From contig JAZUCO010000115.1 in NCBI GenBank assembly GCA_045639185.1, forward strand, positions 17,573-81,572: DNA of 64,000 nt, given 5' to 3'. Shown here piece by piece: positions 45,412 to 53,096 of this stretch. A program made the translations under genes and the position numbers. Within the stretch, counting starts at the first letter, position 1, and every line of letters begins with the position of its first letter. Origin of the DNA: Acutalibacteraceae bacterium. Lineage in GTDB: Bacteria > Bacillota > Clostridia > Oscillospirales > Acutalibacteraceae. A model generated the notes under the pieces. The model saw nothing but the letters and a program-made list of their open reading frames with translations. It had not been told where the DNA came from and did no database searches.

Positions 45412-47087
45412 TGACATCATTTCAGAAGAAATCATCAGCATTTACTGACGTTTCAGAAAATGCTTCACATCAGCCGGAAAATGTAATATTTGATTCAGCG
45501 GTTTTTGCTGTAGACTTTGCCAAGGCAATAAAAAAATTCTGGTATATAATTTTATGTTTAGCATTAATATTTGGGTTTTCCGCAGGTTCATTTAAGTATA
45601 AAAACTATCAACCTATGTATGAGTCATCTGTATCTTTTTCTGTTACAGCTGTATCTTACAGTGCTAACGGAAATGCAGTTTTTGCATCTTACTATGATAA
45701 TAATTCAGCTTCGCAGTTATCTAAAACATTTCCATATATACTCAATACAGCAATGATGAAAAATGCTCTCAAAAATGAATTACAGTCATCATACATTAAT
45801 GGTGCTATTTCAGCCTCTTCAGTTGCTGCTGATTCAAATATTTTTAAGGTTACTGTCACAAGCAATAATCCTGAAGATGCATACAATATTGTCAATGCTG
45901 TAGTTAATGTATATCCTGAAGTTGCTGTTTTTGTTGTAGGAAATATCAGTCTTAAAATTCTGATTCAGCCGACATTGCCTACTGAACCTTATACAACAAA
46001 TAACTTTATCCGAACCGGTATAATTATGGCACTGGTAGGTGTTGGTTTTGGATTTGGACTTATTGCTGTTTATGCATTTTTCAGAAATACGGTCAGAAAA
46101 AAAGAAGATTTCAAAAACAAACTGAATCAGAAGTGTTTTGTTGAAGTTCCGTATGTTACATTCTACAGAACATCCAAAAGAGAGAAGAAAAATGAGCATG
46201 TTGTCAGAATTAATGACAGACATCCGACATTCAAAGAGTCGTTCAGATTGCTCAGAAAAAGACTTCTCAGAAATCTTTCAACAGATGATAAAGTTATAGC
46301 TGTTAGTGCTGCAGTTCATGGTGAGGGCAAAACAATGGTTGCTCTTAACCTTGCTCACACGCTTGCGCTCTCAAAACATAAAACAGCTTGCGTTGATTTT
46401 GATCTGAAAACACGCAGTGTTCAGAAATATCTTAAACTTGATAAAAAGTATGGTTTTACTGACATTATTTCTGATTCTTCAGCTGATTTTTCCGCTGTGT
46501 GTTATAATGATGATGAATGTCTTGATATTTATATAGCCGGCAATTCATCATATGTGTTTAATGAGACTGAATGTATAACATTTTTTGAATATCTTAGAAA
46601 GCATTATGATTATGTAATCGTTAATGTTGCACCTGCTAAAGAAATATCTGAAGCAGTAAGCGCAACCAATTTGTGTGATTGCTTATTGCTTGTTGCATAT
46701 CAGGACAGGACTTCAATTGATAAAATCAGAAAAACACTTGAAGTTATGTCTTTCAGCACAGCAAAAATTCTTGGTTTTGTGTTCAATGGCGTCCAGGAAG
46801 GATTTAGCGGATACGGTGGTTACTACGACGGTAAATATGGCTATGGTCGTTATGGTTACGGTAAATACGGTTATGGTGCAAAATATGGCTATGGCAAAAA
46901 ATATGGTTACGGATATGGCCATCATAAAGCAAAAAACTCAGCTGGTTATGGCTATGGACATGGTTATGGCTATGGTGAAGAAAATGATGATGATGAGGAT
47001 AATGTTGACAACTCAAAAAGACTTGATGTCGCTGTTAATCACAGTCTGGCTTCATTAGATGATTTTGATATTCCGGATAATGCTTAA
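45411..47087 (+). CDS. Wzz/CpsC-like domain fused to a degenerate BY-kinase-like domain with a hyper-expanded (YGX)n tail and an acidic C-terminus
   Basis: Walker A HGEGKT is retained. A' is VDFDLKTR instead of DxDxR. Walker B is VIVNVAP (Asn where Asp is expected). The tail is GYGGYYDGKYGYGRYGYGKYGYGAKYGYGKKYGYGYGHH...GYGYGHGYGYGEENDDDEDN. Confidence 0.8.
   Translation: MTSFQKKSSAFTDVSENASHQPENVIFDSAVFAVDFAKAIKKFWYIILCLALIFGFSAGSFKYKNYQPMYESSVSFSVTAVSYSANGNAVFASYYDNNSASQLSKTFPYILNTAMMKNALKNELQSSYINGAISASSVAADSNIFKVTVTSNNPEDAYNIVNAVVNVYPEVAVFVVGNISLKILIQPTLPTEPYTTNNFIRTGIIMALVGVGFGFGLIAVYAFFRNTVRKKEDFKNKLNQKCFVEVPYVTFYRTSKREKKNEHVVRINDRHPTFKESFRLLRKRLLRNLSTDDKVIAVSAAVHGEGKTMVALNLAHTLALSKHKTACVDFDLKTRSVQKYLKLDKKYGFTDIISDSSADFSAVCYNDDECLDIYIAGNSSYVFNETECITFFEYLRKHYDYVIVNVAPAKEISEAVSATNLCDCLLLVAYQDRTSIDKIRKTLEVMSFSTAKILGFVFNGVQEGFSGYGGYYDGKYGYGRYGYGKYGYGAKYGYGKKYGYGYGHHKAKNSAGYGYGHGYGYGEENDDDEDNVDNSKRLDVAVNHSLASLDDFDIPDNA
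46800..46976 (+). repeat. Coding imperfect tandem repeat (GGT/GGC-TAT/TAC)n encoding the Tyr-Gly tract
   Basis: Repeated ggttatggc/tatggt units are visible in the nucleotide sequence. They encode 18 Tyr and more than 20 Gly in about 59 codons. Confidence 0.9.
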
Positions 47088-47092
47088 ACTCA

Positions 47093-47123
47093 AACAGCGA
47101 CATTCAAATGTCGCTGTTTTTTT
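47093..47123 (+). terminator. Rho-independent terminator of the kinase operon
   Basis: aacagcgacat/atgtcgctgtt stem followed by a T-run. Confidence 0.85.
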
Positions 47124-47124
47124 A

Positions 47125-47153
47125 TTGACATAATATATACTATTTGATAAAAT
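47125..47153 (+). promoter_or_regulatory. Promoter of the GH2 gene
   Basis: TTGACA (47125-47130), 17 nt, TAAAAT (47148-47153). Confidence 0.55.
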
Positions 47154-47184
47154 AATAGTAATAAAAAAATGAAAGGTGAACAGT

Positions 47185-49431
47185 ATGAGAGAAATTATCA
47201 AACTGAATGACGGTTGGAAATTTATTAAAGATTCCAATGACAACAAATTACCTTCAAAACCAGGATTGAAATGGCAGAAAGTTCAGCTTCCTCACACCTG
47301 GAATAATCTTGATGGTCAGGATGGCGGTTTTGATTATTACAGAGGCAAGTGCTGGTATATGAACAGCATTAAGATTGATATTAATGCTGATGAAGAAGCT
47401 TATCTTGAGTTCCTGGGTGCTGAAGCAATTGCTGAGGTTTTTGTTAATGACATAAAGGTCACAGAGCACAAGGGCGGTTTTTCTACTTTTAGATGTAATA
47501 TCACCCCTTATCTTCATAAAGGTAAAGCAAAAATTGCTGTATCTGTAGATAACAGTGAAAGTAAAGAAGTTTATCCTCAGACAGCAGATTTTACATTCTA
47601 TGGTGGTCTTTACAGAGATGTAAATCTCGTTATTGTAAACAAGACACATTTTGATCTTGATTATTATGGTGGAAACGGCGTTGTTGTAACACCCATTATT
47701 AATGATGACGGCTCTGCAACAGTCAGTGTTGAGACTTTTGTAACCGGCAATACAGACAACTATGATGTTATTATTGAAACAGCAGGTAAGTCTAAAAAGG
47801 TTAATAAAAAGACAGGAAAGTGTGAGTTCAAAATTTCTGAACCCCATCTTTGGCACGGTATAGAAGATCCTTATCTCTATAATCTTGATGCAAAAATTAT
47901 GCATAAAGGTTTTGTTATTGATAAAGTCAGCCTCAAATATGGTATCAGAACATTCTCTGTTGATCCTGAAAAAGGTTTCTTCCTTAACGGCAAATCATAT
48001 CCTCTCCATGGTGTTTCAAGACATCAGGACAGAGAGAATATGGGCTGGGCTATAACAGAAAAAGAACATCGTGAAGATATGAAACTTATTGCTGAAGTAG
48101 GTGCAAACACAATCAGACTTGCTCACTATCAGCATTCTCAGACATTTTATGATCTTTGCGATGAATACGGAATGATCATCTGGGCTGAAATTCCGTTTAT
48201 TTCAGCATTTATTAAGGGCGCACCCGCAAGAGAAAATACAATTTCTCAGATGAAGGAACTTGTTATTCAGAATTATAATCATCCCTCAATTGTATGTTGG
48301 GGGGTTGCAAATGAAATCACTATCGGTGGAGAAGATCCTGATCTTATTGATAATATTAACGCACTCAATGATCTTTGTCACGAACTTGATAAAACAAGGC
48401 TTACAACAATAGCAAATCTTACTCTTGTTGAAAATGACAGCATCTTCAATAAGATTACAGATATTATCTCATACAATCACTATTTCGGTTGGTATATGGG
48501 TTCTGTTGAAGATAATGCTCCATGGCTTGACACATTCCATAGTGAACATCCTGATATTTGTATTGGTCTTTCAGAATATGGATGTGAAGGTATTCTTAAA
48601 TATCACAATGACAATCCTCAGGTTCAGGATTACTCTGAAGAGTATCAGGCATATTATCACGAAAAAATGCTTGAAACATTCGCAACAAGACCCTATCTCT
48701 GGAGCACACATGTATGGAACATGTTTGATTTCGGCAGTGATATGCGAGATGAAGGCGGTGTAAAGGGCAGAAATAATAAAGGTCTTGTAACATTTGACCG
48801 CAAGACTAAGAAGGACAGCTTTTATATATATAAGGCGTACTGGCGTCCTGATGACAAATTTGTTCATATTTGTTCTAAGAGATATTTTGACAGAAACACA
48901 GATGCTATCACAGTTAAAGTTTACTCAAACAGTCCTTGTGTAACTCTTGAAGTAAACGGCGTCAAGGTAGATACTATTGAAGGTTCTAAGGTATTTGTAT
49001 TTGAAAATGTACCTCTCAGAAACGGTATCAATACAGTTAAGGCATTTACAGATGAATGTCAGGACTTTGCTGAATTCAACAGAACTGATGTTGTTAATGA
49101 AAGTTATGTTCTCAAAGACACAAGAAGTGGTCTTAATGTTGCAAACTGGTTTGAAGATATGTCTTCAGAAGGTGAGCTTTCATTCAAAGAAGGATATTTC
49201 TCTATCTATGATAAGCTCGGAGATATTATGAAAACTCCCGAAGGTGATGCATTTATTGGATCAATGATAGAAAAAGTTTCCGAAGCTATGAGTATGAATG
49301 TAAGCAAAGGCATGATGAATATGGCAAAAGGCTTTACAATTCAGAAAATATTTGATATGGCTGGAGGTCAGTTACCCGATGGTGTGAAGGTCTGGGTTAA
49401 TGAAGAACTTCAGAAAATTGCAAAACCTTGA
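47185..49431 (+). CDS. Glycoside hydrolase family 2 (beta-galactosidase/beta-glucuronidase-like)
   Basis: LNDGWKF...LPHTWN N-terminal sugar-binding domain, NTIRLAHY, WGVANE (acid/base Glu region) and SEYG (nucleophile region). Confidence 0.85.
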   Translation: MREIIKLNDGWKFIKDSNDNKLPSKPGLKWQKVQLPHTWNNLDGQDGGFDYYRGKCWYMNSIKIDINADEEAYLEFLGAEAIAEVFVNDIKVTEHKGGFSTFRCNITPYLHKGKAKIAVSVDNSESKEVYPQTADFTFYGGLYRDVNLVIVNKTHFDLDYYGGNGVVVTPIINDDGSATVSVETFVTGNTDNYDVIIETAGKSKKVNKKTGKCEFKISEPHLWHGIEDPYLYNLDAKIMHKGFVIDKVSLKYGIRTFSVDPEKGFFLNGKSYPLHGVSRHQDRENMGWAITEKEHREDMKLIAEVGANTIRLAHYQHSQTFYDLCDEYGMIIWAEIPFISAFIKGAPARENTISQMKELVIQNYNHPSIVCWGVANEITIGGEDPDLIDNINALNDLCHELDKTRLTTIANLTLVENDSIFNKITDIISYNHYFGWYMGSVEDNAPWLDTFHSEHPDICIGLSEYGCEGILKYHNDNPQVQDYSEEYQAYYHEKMLETFATRPYLWSTHVWNMFDFGSDMRDEGGVKGRNNKGLVTFDRKTKKDSFYIYKAYWRPDDKFVHICSKRYFDRNTDAITVKVYSNSPCVTLEVNGVKVDTIEGSKVFVFENVPLRNGINTVKAFTDECQDFAEFNRTDVVNESYVLKDTRSGLNVANWFEDMSSEGELSFKEGYFSIYDKLGDIMKTPEGDAFIGSMIEKVSEAMSMNVSKGMMNMAKGFTIQKIFDMAGGQLPDGVKVWVNEELQKIAKP

Positions 49432-49440
49432 TAATAATAA

Positions 49441-49477
49441 AAGGACGGTTGGAAATTCCAACCGTCCTTACTTTTTT
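49441..49477. terminator. Bidirectional terminator between the GH2 gene and rubrerythrin
   Basis: 14-bp palindromic stem aaggacggttggaa/ttccaaccgtcctt, with T-rich flanks on both strands. Confidence 0.8.
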
Positions 49478-49481
49478 CAGA

Positions 49482-50018
49482 TTAATAATTTTCTGCCTTA
49501 AGTTCAAAATATGCCTTGGGGTGTGCACATACGGGGCAAACGTCAGGAGCATCTGTGCCGACTACGATATGACCGCAGTTTGAGCACTTCCAAATTCTGT
49601 CGCCGTCTCTTGAGAACACAAGTCCTCCTTCGATGTTTGCAATAAGCTTTCTGTATCTTTCTTCGTGTTCTTTTTCAATTTTTGCAACTTCGTCAAAAAG
49701 GAATGCAATATGGTCAAAGCCTTCAGCTCTTGCTTCTTCTGCAAAACCTGCATACATATCTGTCCATTCATAATTTTCGCCGTTTGCTGCATCTTCAAGA
49801 TTTGTAAGAGTTGTGGGCATACCTTCGTGAAGAAGCTTGAACCAGATTTTTGCATGTTCTTTTTCATTTGCTGCAGTTTCAGCAAAAAGATTGCCTATCT
49901 GTACATAACCGTCTTTTTTAGCCTTTGATGCATAATATGTGTATTTAGTGTAAGCCTGTGATTCACCTGCGAATGCTGCCATAAGATTTTTCTCTGTCTT
50001 TGAGCCTTTAAGATCCAT
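49482..50018 (-). CDS. rbr: Rubrerythrin
   Basis: Ferritin-like di-iron domain ([16 protein letters not shown]...EKEH...EKEHEERY) plus a C-terminal rubredoxin CSNCGH...CPVCAHPK. Confidence 0.93.
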   Translation of the reverse strand: MDLKGSKTEKNLMAAFAGESQAYTKYTYYASKAKKDGYVQIGNLFAETAANEKEHAKIWFKLLHEGMPTTLTNLEDAANGENYEWTDMYAGFAEEARAEGFDHIAFLFDEVAKIEKEHEERYRKLIANIEGGLVFSRDGDRIWKCSNCGHIVVGTDAPDVCPVCAHPKAYFELKAENY

Positions 50019-50085
50019 ATTAATTCTCCTTAAATCAAATTATAATTTAACATTAGTTTGAGCAATATATCTTTATATATTCATC

Positions 50086-50104
50086 ACTAATGATAATTAC
50101 TATT
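50086..50104. promoter_or_regulatory. Putative Fur/PerR-family operator upstream of rubrerythrin
   Basis: actaatgataattactatt matches 14 of 19 positions of the classical Fur box GATAATGATAATCATTATC. It lies about 70-85 nt upstream of the rbr ATG. Confidence 0.4.
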
Positions 50105-50140
50105 GTTAGTATATCTCTATATTTTTATTTTGTCAATATG

Positions 50141-50178
50141 TTAATTAAAAAAATTCTCCAAAATATGGAGAATTTTTT
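50141..50178 (-). terminator. Terminator of the Cys-rich protein gene
   Basis: aaattctcca/tggagaattt stem flanked by A- and T-runs, 7 nt after the stop. Confidence 0.7.
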
Positions 50179-50184
50179 CTACAG

Positions 50185-51027
50185 TTATTTATTACAGCCG
50201 CACGAGAAATTCAGTGCAGTATTTTCGTATGATGTATCATTGTCACAATCTTTTTCTGAAGGTGGGAAAAATTCACCGACAGGGAATTTGATTTTTCTGA
50301 AAGCATCGCAAGGATCTTCAGTATCGCACTTATTAGTACATTCTTTGAAGGGAATACAGAAATCATAAGCAGGAATCAATATCTGAACATCCCTTTCAAG
50401 CTGTACAATAGTGAACAGACCAATTGTAACTCTTACAGCTTTATCTGAGTTATTATTGAACTGTCCGTTAAAATATCTTCTTACACAACTGGGCATTTTG
50501 CAACAGAAGTCAGCGTGATTACAGCAACAATCACAAGGTCTGCAAAGTTTGGCATCAAGGCAAAGGGGATCAGCAACCTGAATTTTTGCTCTGGGATTTG
50601 ATGTAACAACTGAGCTGTTTTCATCCGCCTTATTTTCTGAATATTCTGATGTAAATATCTTCACATTCCCCTCACTGCCATAAAGAATACACTTTTTTGA
50701 ATAAATTGCAAGGCCGGTAACAGTTTCTGTAGGACAATTGTGGTTAATTACCGCATCTACAGTTACAGAAATAAAGAATGTAAGGTCAACAGAATAAAAA
50801 CCTTTATTAAAAGGCACTTTTTCCACATCGGTTATAACATCAATTACTTCACAACCTCTGCATTTGACCGTTACGGCATTATCTATTACTTCCTGAGCGC
50901 AATCGGTAAAATAAACACGAATATCTGCAAGACAATCCCTGTCAGCACAGGAATCATATACCTTTGCAGTATCTATGCAGACGGCTTCCTTAATTTTTTT
51001 GCAAGATGAATCAAACGTATCATTCAT
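50185..51027 (-). CDS. Cysteine-rich protein (25 Cys in 280 aa), function unknown
   Basis: GGGAGGA precedes ATG 51027. Cys clusters include CRPCDCCCNHADFCCKMPSC. No signal peptide or TM helix. I recognise no family. Confidence 0.7.
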   Translation of the reverse strand: MNDTFDSSCKKIKEAVCIDTAKVYDSCADRDCLADIRVYFTDCAQEVIDNAVTVKCRGCEVIDVITDVEKVPFNKGFYSVDLTFFISVTVDAVINHNCPTETVTGLAIYSKKCILYGSEGNVKIFTSEYSENKADENSSVVTSNPRAKIQVADPLCLDAKLCRPCDCCCNHADFCCKMPSCVRRYFNGQFNNNSDKAVRVTIGLFTIVQLERDVQILIPAYDFCIPFKECTNKCDTEDPCDAFRKIKFPVGEFFPPSEKDCDNDTSYENTALNFSCGCNK

Positions 51028-51034
51028 AAAAAAA

Positions 51035-51101
51035 TATCCTCCCGTTAAATATTGAGTCAATGCGTTCAGCAGCAACTTCAATATCATAATATGGGAGGAT
51101 A
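51035..51101 (-). promoter_or_regulatory. Inverted repeat able to sequester the Shine-Dalgarno of the Cys-rich protein gene
   Basis: On the mRNA, UAUCCUCCC (51101-51093) is perfectly complementary to GGGAGGAUA (51043-51035). The second element is the SD. The two are 49 nt apart. Confidence 0.45.
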
Positions 51102-51115
51102 AAAAATTTGTTACA

Positions 51116-52396
51116 TTATAAATCGGTTTTAACGGGAATACCACCATTATTCATTGATTCATCAGCAGCAAATACAACAAGATGACCGTTTACTGAGTCA
51201 AAAACAGATGTGCAGGAAACTGAGGTTTCTTCATTTCTGACATATTTAATAAAATCAGCAACAAGTGCATGGTCTCCACCGCCGTGACCTACAGAAGCGG
51301 AACATTTTTCAGACAAATCATGAATTTCACTGATATGATCATTATCATTATGAGGATTTATGTAAGAAACAGTGAATTTCTGCCCTTCAAAAGTGCCGTT
51401 AATTTCGCCTTTTGTGCCGATAACACGTACAATTCTCTGTGAGAATGCACAACCACCTGTAAGATTGTGACTTCCAGTAGCGCCATTATCAAATTGTATC
51501 ATAACTGTTTGGTGATCGACAACATTGTTGTCACACTTATAAGCGCATTTACCAAATGGGCTTTCATTTTTGAGAAATTCATATTTTTCATCATATGATG
51601 CTGAATGAAGGTCAGGCCATACATAGAAATCCCATCTGCCCGGAAGGTCAAGATAGATTCGTTTTGCAGAAAGATTGCAGGTGTCAACATACTTGCAGTC
51701 AACCATACATCTTTCACCGCTGTCTTCAGGAGCATTTGCTCTGTTGAAGTACATAAGACTTCCGGTACTTGTAACAAAAACTGGTTTAAGATCACCAACA
51801 AGCCACATCATCATATCAAGGTCATGACAGCATTTTGCAAGAAGCATTGAAGTGCCGGACTTTTCGCTGTTGCCCCATTTGCCTCTTACATATGAAGTAG
51901 CATAATGATGATAACTAACATCTTCACAAAGCTGAATGCTTATAATCTCACCGATATCACCGGATCTGATAACATTTTTAATTTCTTTATAAAATTCTGA
52001 ATATCTGAGCACGTGACAGATCATAACTTTGTTGCCGTTTTTTCTGACAACATCAATAAGCTCAGCCATTTCTTCTTTGTTAACGGCAAAGGGTTTTTCC
52101 AGAAGCATATCATAACCGCATTGAAGAAGGGGAATAGATGTTTTTACATGATCCTTATCCATTGTTCCGTTGATTATAACATCAGCTATTTTTCCCTTTT
52201 TAGCAAGTTCTTCAGCAGATGAAAAGCAATATTCTTCAGCTATTCCGAATCTCTCAATAGCCTGCTGAACGCGGATAGGGTCAGGATCTGCAATACCTAT
52301 AACTTTTAACTCATCAGGATGATCCTTAGAGTAATCACCGTAAATAATCGATCTGTGGCCACCGCCTACAATAATCGCTGTAATTGGTTTTTTCAT
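51116..52396 (-). CDS. Gfo/Idh/MocA-family NAD(P)-dependent oxidoreductase
   Basis: N-terminal Rossmann IIVGGGHRS...IGIADPD and the EKP motif (LLEKPFA). Confidence 0.8.
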   Translation of the reverse strand: MKKPITAIIVGGGHRSIIYGDYSKDHPDELKVIGIADPDPIRVQQAIERFGIAEEYCFSSAEELAKKGKIADVIINGTMDKDHVKTSIPLLQCGYDMLLEKPFAVNKEEMAELIDVVRKNGNKVMICHVLRYSEFYKEIKNVIRSGDIGEIISIQLCEDVSYHHYATSYVRGKWGNSEKSGTSMLLAKCCHDLDMMMWLVGDLKPVFVTSTGSLMYFNRANAPEDSGERCMVDCKYVDTCNLSAKRIYLDLPGRWDFYVWPDLHSASYDEKYEFLKNESPFGKCAYKCDNNVVDHQTVMIQFDNGATGSHNLTGGCAFSQRIVRVIGTKGEINGTFEGQKFTVSYINPHNDNDHISEIHDLSEKCSASVGHGGGDHALVADFIKYVRNEETSVSCTSVFDSVNGHLVVFAADESMNNGGIPVKTDL

Positions 52397-52420
52397 ATCA
52401 TTATATTCCTTTCACCGAAA

Positions 52421-52969
52421 TCATAAATTCACAACTGTGTAGTTATGCCCCGTAATTGAAATAAATCTTTCAATAATATCTTTTGTTTTGAATTTTAATG
52501 TTGAAGTATTTTTGCATGGGTGACAGCAAAAATATTCATTATTGAGAAGCTGCGCATCAATCAACAATGTTACATCAGATGCATTATCATTAATAAGACA
52601 CATAATACTAGCAGAACCGGGTTCTACACCGAGAATATCAATCATTTTATCTGCAGAAGCAAAAGAAAGTCTTGAAGACTGAACCTGTTTTGAAATAACT
52701 TTCGAATCAAATTTTGCATCAGGACTCATCAGAAGCAGGAAATATTTTGTTTCAGCTGAATTTCTGAGAAAAAGATTCTTACATATAACAGCATCAAGAT
52801 ATTTTTCAATTTCGTGACAATCTTCAATGGTATCAGCAGGAGAGTGTTCTATGTGATAAAAACTGAAATAGTTTTCAGATAAAAAGCTGTATATTTTTTC
52901 TTCAGTTGCTGATTTCTCAGATTCAGGTCGTCCGTAAATTACATCAGAAAATATTGAAACACTCATCAT
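52421..52969 (-). CDS. YbaK/ProX-like aminoacyl-tRNA editing domain protein
   Basis: KNLFLRNS...YFLLLMSPDAKFD...LSFASADKMIDILGVEPGS is typical of prolyl-tRNA synthetase-associated editing domains. Confidence 0.65.
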   Translation of the reverse strand: MMSVSIFSDVIYGRPESEKSATEEKIYSFLSENYFSFYHIEHSPADTIEDCHEIEKYLDAVICKNLFLRNSAETKYFLLLMSPDAKFDSKVISKQVQSSRLSFASADKMIDILGVEPGSASIMCLINDNASDVTLLIDAQLLNNEYFCCHPCKNTSTLKFKTKDIIERFISITGHNYTVVNL

Positions 52970-53040
52970 TTCACCATTTTACTACCAATTTTTCAAAATG
53001 AATATTAACATAATTAGTGATATAATTCAAGATATTTTAA

Positions 53041-53083
53041 TTATTTTTATAAAATAAAGGTATCCTTAGATTCAAGGATACCT
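53041..53083 (-). terminator. Terminator of the GPH transporter gene
   Basis: aggtatcctt/aaggatacct stem. On the minus strand it is followed by UUAUUUUAU. Confidence 0.7.
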
Positions 53084-53096
53084 CAATTAATCTTAC

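Noticed and set aside
46675-47058. Three overlapping ORFs (46675-47058 +, 46713-46925 -, 46804-47016 -) rich in M/V/H/T
   Set aside because: They are alternative-frame readings of the GGTTATGGC-type repeat that encodes the Tyr-Gly tail. Only the frame continuous with the Wzz-kinase-like protein has upstream domain context.
47254-47904. 216-aa minus-strand ORF
   Set aside because: It is antisense to the well-supported GH2 gene. The I/F/N-rich composition is typical of shadow ORFs in AT-rich DNA.
51028-51147. N-terminal 40-aa extension of the Cys-rich ORF
   Set aside because: It overlaps the oxidoreductase gene end. ATG 51027 has a strong GGGAGGA SD, and the extension is hydrophobic junk with no RBS.
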